A DNA stretch of 64,000 nt, taken from assembly GCA_951406725.2 (NCBI GenBank), contig OX597824.1:84568001-84632000 (forward strand). The letters are read 5' to 3'. The notes beneath the pieces were generated by a model that ran no database searches, was not told the DNA's origin, and saw nothing but the letters and a program-made list of their open reading frames with translations. This document shows positions 53,944 through 64,000 of the stretch, one piece after another (within the stretch, counting starts at the first letter, position 1; each line of letters starts with the position of its first letter). Source of the stretch: Octopus vulgaris. Lineage: Eukaryota. The position numbers were made by a program, and so were the translations under genes.

Positions 53944-54509
53944 TTGGGTTGTCCGGAAAGTTCGTGTCGATTTTTAAAGGAAAGAAAAAAGTCAATAAAT
54001 ACTTGCCATTACATTTTTAATCAACCAAACATTAACCATTTTGTTGCACAATGAGTCTCCATCTTGCCTTTAACTTGAAAATAATCTCTTCCCAGAATTG
54101 AGGTGGTTTCATGGCAAAGAATTCATCAAGATATCTTTTTACGTCATCCAAGGAATTGAAATTTTTACCATTAAGACTATTCTGCAGAGACTTGAATAAG
54201 TGGAAATCTGAAGGAGCAATATCTGGTGAATATGGAGGGTGAGGTAACACATCCCAGCCGAACTGCAGAAATTTTTGTCTGGTTCCCAAAGCACCAAGTG
54301 CCGAAAATAAACTTTCTTATCTTCCATTTTAAAGGGTTACAGAATTAAGACAGGTTATAGGAACATAAACCTTCTTCCACGAAAAGATAGTTTAAACTGT
54401 GCTGTAAATGGAGGTGTAGTCAAATCGTATTTTATGGACTCAACCATGTTCTAAAATAAGTCGAAAGGTAAGCTCCTATAAATCGGCACGAACTTTCCGG
54501 ACAACCCAA
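53944..54509 (-). mobile_element. Internally deleted mariner (566 bp), copy 2
   Basis: Same TIRs, TA TSD and deletion junction as 42988-43553. Confidence 0.92.
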
Positions 54510-54608
54510 TACAACAAATTGGTTATCTTTCTACAATGCACAAAATATTTTAACAAGTTTTTTTACGCAATTTCTAATAATATTTAATTATGAAAATGTA
54601 AAAAGATT

Positions 54609-55013
54609 GGATCTTTTCGGTTTGAACGGCAGTTTTTTCTAGCGGTGTCATATGAAATTGTCACCCATAATTATGACCTTAGTATCGATCTATTGCATTT
54701 CAATCTGTTTTAGGGTTAGGGTTAGGGGTGGGGTGAAGGGTTTCTTTTTTTCTTCACAAATGTAAATATACCCAATCTGTTTCTTAAACGAGGGACATAT
54801 TCATACGGTACAGAATGTTTTCACCTCAATAGACGTCATTGATTGGTTGAAATTGCAGAAATTGAAGAAAAAAACAACAAACTATAGAATTTTCTCAATA
54901 AAGCCAAGAGAAAAAGACGTTTTATAAACACATTCTACCAGTATACGAAGTTTAAAAGTGTTTAGTTACGTGGAAATTATTTTTAAAAACTGCCGTTCAA
55001 ACCGAAAAGATCC
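54609..55013. mobile_element. Merlin-like MITE (asymmetric relative of 6677-7162) with TTAGGG repeats
   Basis: 29-bp perfect TIR GGATCTTTTCGGTTTGAACGGCAGTTTTT; near 8-bp TSD AAAAGATT/AAAGGATT. Confidence 0.85.
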
Positions 55014-56385
55014 AAAGGATTTTTTAAACATAGGATGACTATGAAAGGTCCACCAGGGTGAAATAGAATCCCAAACGGTCTATAGGTAAACAATGGTTGA
55101 GAGTCACTGATTTCAATGATAAAGTATGTGTGTTACGTGTCTATGAAATTCTGCATAATGGACGTATATCTTTCCCTGCACAGTAATATGTGTGCATGCG
55201 TACATAACATTTGCTATTTATATCGGCTAAGGATGTTAAAATCAGTGAGAAAATCGAAAAACCAGTGCAATTCGAACAAAAGTTTCCTGCTATATTTGTT
55301 CTATTATTTTTTTTTGTAGCTTTTCTTTTTTTTTTTGTTTCGTGATTTTTTCTATGACATTTCGCTGGCCATTTTTTTTTTTTTTTTTTTGCTTTTTTTC
55401 TTTTTCTCCGTTACTTTTGTTCTGTGATACTATTTTCGTGACATTTCTTTTTCCTACCATTCTGGAAATGGCAACAATACTCTATTGTTTACATTAGTAA
55501 GCAGTACTTCAATTTTTGTAGAGTATAATTAACGTATTAGGACTGAAGTATTTCCTGCAGAATATATTAAAAAAGTCAACATAATTTGGTTCAACTAGTG
55601 CAAGACACTGTACAGTAAAAAAAAAAATTCCATATTTTGTAAATTTTCTAGCAAAACCATTTTTTTTTTTGGTTTTTTGTATGACCTTAAGTTCATTAGA
55701 TTGTTGTTTAACCCCAAGTCAACCGTGCTTGAGCAGACTTTTTAGATCAAAAGAAAAGGGTTGAGCCGTGATCATCCCATCTTTTTAGATATTCTTTTAT
55801 ATCAGATTACATTTTCAAATGTGCTATTTCCTTCTTTTTTCTTACTTTTTTAAACACACACACACACGGAGTCGCATATCAATGTATATACAGTATTTAT
55901 GTATGCTTGAAGATAATCAAACCAAATTTTCATCATTTCGAGTCTCTCACCCAATGAGTATTGCTGCCAAATTTGGAGAAAATCCGTTCGGCCGTTTCCC
56001 AGTAATTTTGCAAACACACAGGCTGTGAATTGAGCGATATTTAACTGCTACTTCTAGTTGATCAGACGACCATCTCTCAGTGATTCCTTGCAGATAGAAC
56101 AATACTGATTTTTAACATAGGGGAAGGCGCTGCTCATTAAATCGACTTCAGCATTTGACTAGTAATTTTATTTATCGGCCCTGAAAAGATGAAAGGCAAA
56201 GTTAACCTAGGTAACATGTGGTTTGGCTGAGAAGTTCGCAGGCTGAGTATGAAAGGATAATACTAAGGCTGTGAAATCTTGCATGCATTAGCTTTAATTC
56301 TTCTTATTAACTGCATTATTTCTTTCCGGGTAAACCAACATCTGATTGTTTAAAGAAGACTTCAAAAGTAACGAGTAACGACGTC

Positions 56386-56630
56386 GGATCTTTAACCTTT
56401 TGACCGACAGATTTTTTAAATATTTTTTTGTAGCTAAACGCTTTCAAACTTCGGACACTTTTACTCTTGGCACTTTTGAGAAAAGCTTATATTTTTAGGA
56501 AGTTATTTCACGTTAAAGTTCTCGTATTTCGGTAATTTCAACCAATCAGTGACGCGTATTCAGCTGAATAAAATTACTGCCGTTGTTTGTTAACAACAAC
56601 TGTCGGCAGTGTATATTTCGTTTGTCATAC
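56386..56630. mobile_element. Diverged partial copy of the same GGATC-terminated family
   Basis: GGATCTTT..TTTGACCGACAGATTTT start and similarity to the arm of 6677-7162. Confidence 0.6.
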
Positions 56631-56787
56631 GCACACACACATGTATATGCATGTATGTATATATATATAAGCAAAATTTAGGTTTGTTGAAATATGTTTG
56701 TGACATATTTCACCTACCAAAAGGCATACTTAGCACTAACATTCCTTTATATATATATGCGTGTGTATGTGTGTGTATGCGCGTGTG

Positions 56788-56835
<48 letters not shown>

Positions 56836-57307
56836 AGCTAGCGACTGTGTGACATTGTAACTAGTCTTGTTTCGAAACACATACTGGAGATTAAATCCTG
56901 AAAGCTGCTGTCAAATTGATGGAGCAAAAACATGTCCTGACAGAAACAAGACAACACACATAGACTAACAATCTTGTTCTCCCAAACTGGTTGTTTCTGG
57001 AATAATTTGTGTGTTTTGCCATTACAGTAATCGAGATGTACCTGAAACTAATGATGTAATCCATATAATTGTTTGTCTCTAACGGTCGATCGCTAAGATT
57101 TTGTTTAAAAAAAATAGCGGTTTTCGGTGTGCGGGCAGGGGAAATATTTCTTTGATTTGTGTGTGTGTGAGTGTGTATGTATATGTATAAGTATGTATGT
57201 ATGTATGTATGTATGTATGTATGTATGTATGTATGTATGTATGTATGTATGTATGTATGTATGTATATGTGTGTGTGTGTATATATATATACATATATAT
57301 ATATATA

Positions 57308-57512
57308 GGGAGAGTTTACGAAAAAAAACAAAAGACGAAGACAGGTGGTGTACAAAACAAACAGATGTATTAGTATAACGCTCAGGAATAGAAAAAGTCT
57401 TTTACGTTTCGAGCCTACGCTCTTCTACAGAAAGGGACACAGAAAAAACAAGGAGAGAAAAAAGGGAGAGAGAAAAATGTGTGTAGTGGCTAACGATCTA
57501 TCATGGCGACTG
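57308..57512 (-). mobile_element. Penelope-like terminal fragment in a TA microsatellite
   Basis: TA-flanked and carries a minimal hammerhead-like motif. Confidence 0.55.
57397..57438 (-). ncRNA. Minimal hammerhead-like motif (CUGUAGA variant) in a Penelope-like end
   Basis: CUUU-CUGUAGA-A-GAGC-GUAG-GCUC-GAAAC-GUA-AAAG; A6 is replaced by U. Confidence 0.5.
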
Positions 57513-57533
57513 ATATACATATACACACATCTA

Positions 57534-58666
57534 TCTAGTATATATAAATTATAGTATGTGTGTAAATGACTAACGCAACGCATGCACTTCCACAATTCAC
57601 AATCGATTTTCGCCAAACTTTACGCACATGTTACTTATGTCCCAATGATGGTTGTGCACTATAACATTTTGCCCAGAGCTCCCACGTAAATGGACCTAAA
57701 TGGACATAGTTTTTGTATGTAGGGTCTTCCATACTTTTTAAATCTTATTAGAAAAGTGAAAGGATTTTGTCTATTTATTTCCGCTATCCACCTACGACGG
57801 TGATTCAATTGACTAGGAACACTGTACGCGATGAATATCCAAAACCAAACAATCTTAATCTACATATTTTAACTGCATTAAACTTTGGCGAGCTTACCTC
57901 TTAATCTGTTCTGAGTTACTTGAAAGGTGATGTTCCCTTCCTTCCTATTTGTTGATACCTTTGGTTACCTTTGATACCGTTGTCTCACTTTAAGGATGCT
58001 TATTTCCCATTCATTATGATATTTCCACTGTTGTCCATTCTTTCAAATACATTTTAGCATTGCCGTTCTAGCCTTTTTTTAAAAAACAATCTCATATGAT
58101 TCGTCCCAAAGAATCAACCTTTAAATAAGAGTTCTGCTTCCACTCCCGAAAGCTATACGTATCTTTCAGAAGCTCCATACCAATTTAACCTTATGTAGCA
58201 TTGGTTGTTATTTTATACGCAGGCTATGTGGGAAGACAGAATAAAGGAGCTTTTGTTAGCTTATCTCTCTGAAAAAATAGCTCCCTTTGCTGTTGAAAAA
58301 AAATAAACTCGCAGAGGGGAAGTTTCAACGTCTTCCTTCAATTTCATTACACCATTTATGTGGCTGTTTCTGACAAGAAATTTCGCTTCTATGTAAAACA
58401 ACTATATTTTGTAATTACTATCAGTAATCTACTCCCAAAACACTTCAGTAGCTCTACTTTGCATCGCTTGCAAACTTATATGTTCTATGATCATTAAAGT
58501 GCAACGACGTCAACAATAACCAGCCTTCAATTTGATTTTCCATTCCTGAGTTAATCAGAAGCATAGATTGCCGTGTTACTCATAAACCTTCTCTGTTGTT
58601 CAATTATTTGGTAAAAGAATACCACCAAAATAACTTAAACCGTCCATGGAACGGGTGTGTTTCCTA

Positions 58667-58667
<1 letters not shown>
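57534..58667 (+). mobile_element. Non-autonomous Helitron
   Basis: A|TCTAGTATATATAAA 5' end; 3' hairpin CCGT..ACGG followed by CTAG|T; no TSD. Confidence 0.7.
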
Positions 58668-58717
<50 letters not shown>

Positions 58718-58815
58718 TAAATAAGGGTGAAAAATTAGATATTAATTTAATAATACCATCAGTTTAACACCTAGAGTTAAGCACTAGAGTTAACCACTTA
58801 ACGGTAACTCTCTTA

Positions 58816-58881
<66 letters not shown>

Positions 58882-58959
58882 AGCAGTAATTATAACTATA
58901 TAGAATATGGAAATTTGTTAATCCTCAAAATTTATTTCCTTTCGTTTTACAATTTCATA

Positions 58960-59430
58960 CAAGACTGGTGAGCTTCAGTCTTGTGAAGGTCTGCACTCCA
59001 CGTCACTACAGCTCCTTCCTTGTCGGCAGGTTTTGTAATGATATCTTTACGGTGTCGGAGACATCGAAGGGCCGAGAGTTCGGGCGGAGAAATGTGGAAA
59101 TGTTGAGGACGCCTGCAAAAGTTGAATCTGTCCACAATACATTGGCAGATGCTTTGCAAAATGATCAACTGCTTGGAACTGGCCAAGAGCTGGCGTCCAG
59201 TGGGATGGTCGGCAGCCGAGGTTGGTGAAGCAGTCTTCTTCATTAGATACAGGTGGAGTGTTGTGGAATAGTGCATGTAGCCTGACTCGGTGCACAGAGC
59301 TATGAATATGAGCACAGATCTGAAACTCGTTACTGGATGGAGTGCGGGGGTGGATGAAGCGCAGACCCTTACTGAGAAGAGAGCGCTCCGCTTCAGAATG
59401 AAAGAATGAGTGCAGCTTATGTTGATTAGT
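58960..59430 (-). mobile_element. Penelope-like element ORF relic (region N-terminal to the RT core)
   Basis: AERSLLSKGLRFI..P and ELSALRCLRHRKDIITKPADKEGAVVTW motifs in shifted frames. Confidence 0.8.
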
Positions 59431-59850
59431 GCGAGCGAGAAAGTGGTGGAAATGTGGTTTAGATGGAGGATGAAGCATAAGGTGGAATGTGCAACAGATG
59501 GTGAGCAGCAGGAGAAAAAGGTGGAATAAGCGAGAAGAAGAAGGCGGTCGAGGGTGCGCGATTGTTTTTATGTTCAGTTATAATAAAAACAACTTTCCCT
59601 TAATCTGATGGGTTACTGCTGTAGAGTACAAATTTATTATTCTAATTTAAGAATGATAAATTTATACATGGACGACCAAAGCCTTGTGAGTAGATTTGGT
59701 AGACGGAAACGGAAAGAAGCCCGTCGTATATATATACACACACACAAAAAAATGGGACAAGAACCCAAAACATCCAAACAGTTAGGTGATATAAAAAAGA
59801 GACAAGACATCCAGACAGACGATACAAAGAAAACAAGGACGTGTGTATAT

Positions 59851-59942
<92 letters not shown>

Positions 59943-59948
<6 letters not shown>

Positions 59949-60300
59949 TAATGCAATACCAGAGTATTGCTTTCAGTAAAGAATAGCCCGTGAGGGAAAA
60001 TTATACATAGAAGTAGATATATAATTGTCCCTCACGGGCTATTCTTTACTGGAAAGCAATACTCTCGTATTGCATTACTATTTTTATTGAAACTTCTTCA
60101 CTATTCTCGTTCTGTCAGCGTTTTGGCGTTTCAGTCGAGTGTATTGGCATTGATGCGGCAACATTTGAAATGTTGTCGAGGTATATGTTGGCTGATGAAG
60201 ATAAATCAAGTATATGTGTGCAGACATATCTTGAAAAATCTGAAACCGGTACCACATTATCCCTTTCTAGGTATTTCATCTTTCAGATGTTCTCCCTGGA
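59943..60300 (+). mobile_element. Penelope-like end: 140-bp palindrome at a TA tract followed by a hammerhead motif
   Basis: Inverted arms at about 59943-59996 and 60029-60083; hammerhead at 60185-60257. Confidence 0.6.
60185..60257 (+). ncRNA. Type I hammerhead ribozyme motif (Penelope-type, palindromic stem III)
   Basis: AUGUUGG-CUGAUGA-[AGAU..UCAAG..AUAUGU/ACAUAU-CUUGA..AUCU]-GAAA-CCGG-UA-CCACAU. All core nucleotides are present. Confidence 0.8.
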
Positions 60301-60431
60301 GGTAAGACAATTTTTTTCAAGTTTGTTGCACACACGCATTTTTGCTAGTACAAACGCGGTGAAGCTATATATATCTTGCAAACAACTTGCACATGCAAGT
60401 GCTACCAGTTAAAAGCTCCGTATATCGGAAG

Positions 60432-60543
60432 CTAGCAAGTGTATGGGGTCATCAGGAGAGAATGCGCGCCGTTTCGGGGCCTACCTCTCGACGGCATCAA
60501 TGCGCACCGGCCCCCCTCACTGATATGAGGCCCCGCTTGCTAG
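60432..60543 (-). ncRNA. Permuted hammerhead-like structured RNA in the HERO 3' UTR
   Basis: Contains GCCGUC, GAAACGGC and CUCUC-CUGAUGA with matching pairings, in non-canonical order (see findings). Confidence 0.65.
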
Positions 60544-60563
60544 ATCAGCTGGTTATGATGAAC

Positions 60564-63500
60564 TCAATATACTTCTAGCCATCGCTCATCGTCTCTTTTT
60601 AACCAAATCCAGTGGCTAGCCTTCTCCACTGTAGATTGGATATCAGTCATGGTGGTATTGACTTTACGATGAGTTAGGCCTAACGATAACAACAGTCGTC
60701 TCACGCTGTGTCCTACAAACCCTCTACATCCGACTTCGATAGGAAAATGTTCCGCTTTCCAGCCTGCGTCTTCATATTCCTCGAGGAGGTTTTCATAACG
60801 GTTTAATTTTCGAGCTCGAGCGGCGTCCATATTATCTTCGTGAGGAACCGTTAGCTCGACTATATTTAAAACTTTCTTTCTTTCACACCACATCAAAATA
60901 TCTGGTTTTTTCGAAACTGGGATGGGAAAGAAAACCTGGCACCCAGGTAAATCTGCAGTTACCTCCCAATAGTCGTTCCACTTTTCATTTTTCTCAGGAA
61001 GTTTCTTGGTCTTCTTCTTGAAACGGATCTGCTGACCTGGTCGCACGAAGGTAATGAACTCTCTTGATGGTACTTTTAACGATTTTTCCTCAGTGTTGTT
61101 GAGATGAATTTGATTCTTTATAGCATTGAAGATAACCTTAAGGACCAAGTTGTGCCTCCATGTGTACCTGTTCAATGCTAACGAACAGTTGGAAAGAATA
61201 TGTTTTAGTGTACCGACTTTTCCACATTTGCAGACGTCATTCTCTAAGACGTTCCATCTTACTAGATTCGTAGGTGATGGCAAAACATCATAAGATGAAC
61301 GAATCAGGAAACTCAGCCGAGATGTTGTCCACTTCCACATCTCATCCCAACTTATCTTCCTCTCAACAACATGTTCTTCCCATCTCGTCATCTGACCTTG
61401 ATGAACACATCGGATCAAATGAAGCTCTCTTCTCTCTGCTTCTCTTGTTTTGACGCTGTTGCTAACAACAGATCTGCGTTCACACGGCATCATGCTTGCA
61501 AACGGTCTGAACTGATCCGCGCCAAAACCAAATCCTTTCCGATGGTTCTGCGTTGCTCCCACCATATCTCTGTGTGTAAGAGAAGACAAGATGTTGTCAG
61601 TTTCTGCTTCTGCTTTCCACTTCCTGGCTGTTTTCACCTCTGGTGGGTTACGCCTGATTTCCATATCCTTCGATTCTCTCAGCATCATGACCGTCCGTAT
61701 CTTCCCCAACTTATATATTTCGACTATTGATGCTATTGGTAACTGCAACGAACCTCTTTTACGATAAAGAGCTGAGCTGTTCAACATACGAGGTAGACCT
61801 AGCCACTTTCTAATGAACACATTACATTTTTGTTCGATCTTTTCAACTCGTGACAATGCTACTTCGTATATTAAAAGTGGCCATGCAAGTCGCGGGTACA
61901 GGCCGAACTGCAAGCACCAAATTTTATATTTACCTGGTAACTTCGAAACATCAATCGCTGATAACCCAGCCTCGGCCTGTTTCATAATTTCAATCCCACG
62001 ACTTCTATCTGACAATGTTCCAGCGTATACTCGTCCCAAGCTCTTGACGGGCTCTTCCTTGACTGTTGGAATGCTTTCTTCCGATATTCGAAATTTAAAT
62101 TCTTTCTGCACTCCCTTAACAAATGTCAGACTACGCGACTTTTTTGCTCTAAATCGCATCCTTGACCACCTTACACGTTCGTCTAATCTCAAAAGGGCAT
62201 TCTGCATGATTTGTTTATCTGTAGCTAGAAGTGTCACGTCATCCATGAAGGCTTTCTTAGGCGATTGTACATGGGCGATTTGTTCCGAAAAATCTACACC
62301 TTTCAAAATCAACTCCATGACTAAGATAAACCACGTGACAGATATTGTACAGCCAGCAGCAATGCCAACCTCCAATCGGTGCCAATTTGTTGTAAAACTT
62401 CCAGTTGTAAACCTCATTTCGAAACTTTCATAGTACATCCTCATTATTTTGATCACTTTGTCAGGAATGTGGAAGTGGTCCATGGCTGTTATTAGTAATT
62501 TGTGTGGCACTGAACCATACGCGTTAGCTAGGTCGAGCCATACCACGTTCAGACTTTTCTTGTTCTGTTTGGCATCCTGAATCGCTTTCCAAATCGAAAA
62601 ACAGTGTTCAACGCATCCAGGGATCCCGGGGATTCCGGCCTTTTGAACAGATTCATCAACATATCCGTTACTCTGTAAATATGTCACTGTTCTCCTCGAC
62701 AGAATTCCCATAAAGATCTTGCCTTCCACATTCAATAAGGATATCGGCCTAAACTGTTTTATGGTCTTTGCATTGGCCTCTTTCGGCAGGTATATACCTT
62801 CTGCCTTACACCAATCCTCTACTATAGTCTCCTCGCGCCACAGTTGTCGGATTAGGACGAAGAGCTTCTTTCGCAGACGATTGCAGTATTTGTAGACTTT
62901 ATATGAGACGCCATCACCTCCTGGGGCACTCTTCGCTCTAGCTTTTCTTACGAAGTCATTCACCTCTCTCTCCCTGATGTCCCCAATCTGGAATTCGATA
63001 TCAGGTCCTGAGAGATGATTTAGCCCATGTAGAGATGGCAGCGGCTGATTACGGTGCGGATCGCTGTAGGTTTCCTTGATATGAGCATCCAATTCTTCTT
63101 TAGTGCACGATAAAGTACCACTCTTCGGCTCAGTGAACAGCTTCTTAGTAAACCCGTACGGGTCCTTCAGAAACTGCCCTCGAGTCCTTTTACTTTCTTT
63201 TCGACGCTCATATCGGCGAATATGTCGTTGCACATAACGACATTTCCTCTTCAAATCGTTATACAGCAACGCAAGGCCAGGTTTCTCATCTAGTGCAGCA
63301 CATCTCCATCTCTTTCTTAAGTCGGACTTTTCCTTCCTCAACTGCTGCATTTTTCTGATCCTCCTGCTTGGTCCACACTTTCCTTTCTCTAGTCGGATAT
63401 TCTCTTTTATTCCAAATAAATCTCTTGCTACATCGTATATTGAGCTTGATAATTTTCCCAGTTTTTCCACTGTAGAGCCTGTCATTTTATAAAGAGTCCG

Positions 63501-63839
63501 ACAAACCTTGTTTTCAAACTCTTTATATTTCACTTTCTCATTAGCAGCAGGCCACAAAACCCTCGGTTTCCTCTGAGTATTATCCGATGCACCAGTTTCA
63601 TGACTTGTAGTTTCTTCACGTGAAGAGTTCTGTGCTGTAGCATTTATCGATCCGCTGTGGTTTGAGTCCGGGGATGATTTGCCACGTGTTTTACGATCTG
63701 ACGATCCACACTGCTCTGTCCTCTTCTCACAAGTCTTTCCCTGATGTATCTTCAAGCCTCTCTCAGTTGCAAAGGTTCTATAGCACAGCTTGCATCCAAA
63801 GTTGTTTGCATTTCGTCCGCTGTTCGAATGAATAATCAT
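60564..63839 (-). CDS. Single-ORF RLE-type non-LTR retrotransposon protein (HERO-clade-like), 1091 aa, uninterrupted
   Basis: N-terminal zinc finger CKLCYRTFATERGLKIHQGKTC; RT motifs FRPISLLN, WLDLANAYGSVPH, GIAAGCTIS, AFMDD; CCHC knuckle CKC...HILSNC; restriction-like endonuclease KPDIL...IVELTVP...K..RY. Confidence 0.93.
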   Translation of the reverse strand: MIIHSNSGRNANNFGCKLCYRTFATERGLKIHQGKTCEKRTEQCGSSDRKTRGKSSPDSNHSGSINATAQNSSREETTSHETGASDNTQRKPRVLWPAANEKVKYKEFENKVCRTLYKMTGSTVEKLGKLSSSIYDVARDLFGIKENIRLEKGKCGPSRRIRKMQQLRKEKSDLRKRWRCAALDEKPGLALLYNDLKRKCRYVQRHIRRYERRKESKRTRGQFLKDPYGFTKKLFTEPKSGTLSCTKEELDAHIKETYSDPHRNQPLPSLHGLNHLSGPDIEFQIGDIREREVNDFVRKARAKSAPGGDGVSYKVYKYCNRLRKKLFVLIRQLWREETIVEDWCKAEGIYLPKEANAKTIKQFRPISLLNVEGKIFMGILSRRTVTYLQSNGYVDESVQKAGIPGIPGCVEHCFSIWKAIQDAKQNKKSLNVVWLDLANAYGSVPHKLLITAMDHFHIPDKVIKIMRMYYESFEMRFTTGSFTTNWHRLEVGIAAGCTISVTWFILVMELILKGVDFSEQIAHVQSPKKAFMDDVTLLATDKQIMQNALLRLDERVRWSRMRFRAKKSRSLTFVKGVQKEFKFRISEESIPTVKEEPVKSLGRVYAGTLSDRSRGIEIMKQAEAGLSAIDVSKLPGKYKIWCLQFGLYPRLAWPLLIYEVALSRVEKIEQKCNVFIRKWLGLPRMLNSSALYRKRGSLQLPIASIVEIYKLGKIRTVMMLRESKDMEIRRNPPEVKTARKWKAEAETDNILSSLTHRDMVGATQNHRKGFGFGADQFRPFASMMPCERRSVVSNSVKTREAERRELHLIRCVHQGQMTRWEEHVVERKISWDEMWKWTTSRLSFLIRSSYDVLPSPTNLVRWNVLENDVCKCGKVGTLKHILSNCSLALNRYTWRHNLVLKVIFNAIKNQIHLNNTEEKSLKVPSREFITFVRPGQQIRFKKKTKKLPEKNEKWNDYWEVTADLPGCQVFFPIPVSKKPDILMWCERKKVLNIVELTVPHEDNMDAARARKLNRYENLLEEYEDAGWKAEHFPIEVGCRGFVGHSVRRLLLSLGLTHRKVNTTMTDIQSTVEKASHWIWLKRDDERWLEVY

Positions 63840-63883
63840 GTTCGTTTCAAAGGTCGTTTCCGTGCTGACTGGGTTTGATTGAT

Positions 63884-64000
63884 TAGTCTGACATTTGTTA
63901 AGGGAGTGCAGAAAGAATTTAAATTTCGAATATCGGAAGAAAGCATTCCAACAGTCAAGGAAGAGCCCGTCAAGAGCTTGGGACGAGTATACGCTGGAAC
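63884..64000 (+). mobile_element. Second, inverted, 5'-truncated copy of the same HERO-like element (runs off the window)
   Basis: 63884-64000 is the exact reverse complement of 62017-62133. Confidence 0.9.

Larger units (their letters stand above)
53862..55109. mobile_element. hAT-like MITE hosting two nested DNA transposons
   Basis: Ends CACTGGTCCTCAAC / GGTTGAGAGTCACTG; the pieces match the reverse complement of 22878-23105. Confidence 0.65.
60400..63883 (-). mobile_element. HERO-like non-LTR retrotransposon, probably 5'-truncated
   Basis: The ORF above plus a structured GC-rich 3' UTR. The frame stays open upstream of the ATG up to the junction at 63883/63884. The 3' boundary is approximate. 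Confidence 0.88.

Noticed and set aside
61371-62433. Plus-strand ORFs of 119 and 206 aa
   Set aside because: They are antisense shadows of the HERO RT ORF.

Overview
AT-rich, repeat-dense eukaryotic DNA. The SINE families and microsatellite style resemble an Octopus (coleoid cephalopod) genome, which is an inference and not proven here. The only host gene found is the 5' part of adenylosuccinate synthetase (ADSS/purA) on the minus strand. It has coding exons at 39356-39607, 7872-7974 and 6089-6202, a 31.4 kb first intron, and its remaining exons presumably lie left of the window. The rest is transposon-derived: several tRNA-type SINE families (one forming ~184-bp concatemers), mariner/Tc1 relics, piggyBac-, hAT- and Merlin-like MITEs, Helitron-like elements, LINE relics (CR1, RTE, L1/Tx1, R4/Dong), Penelope-like fragments, and an intact 1091-aa HERO-type RLE non-LTR retrotransposon ORF at the right end. 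The most notable signals are: (1) a non-circularly permuted, multi-pseudoknot hammerhead-like RNA in the HERO 3' UTR; (2) several type I hammerhead motifs in Penelope-like foldback insertions; (3) a head-to-head inverted second HERO copy; (4) SINE concatemers with a fixed junction; (5) long intronic inverted repeats around ADSS exons 2-3; (6) a CpG-depletion boundary near 25 kb. Repeat boundaries were read by eye and are approximate unless a TSD or TIR is quoted.
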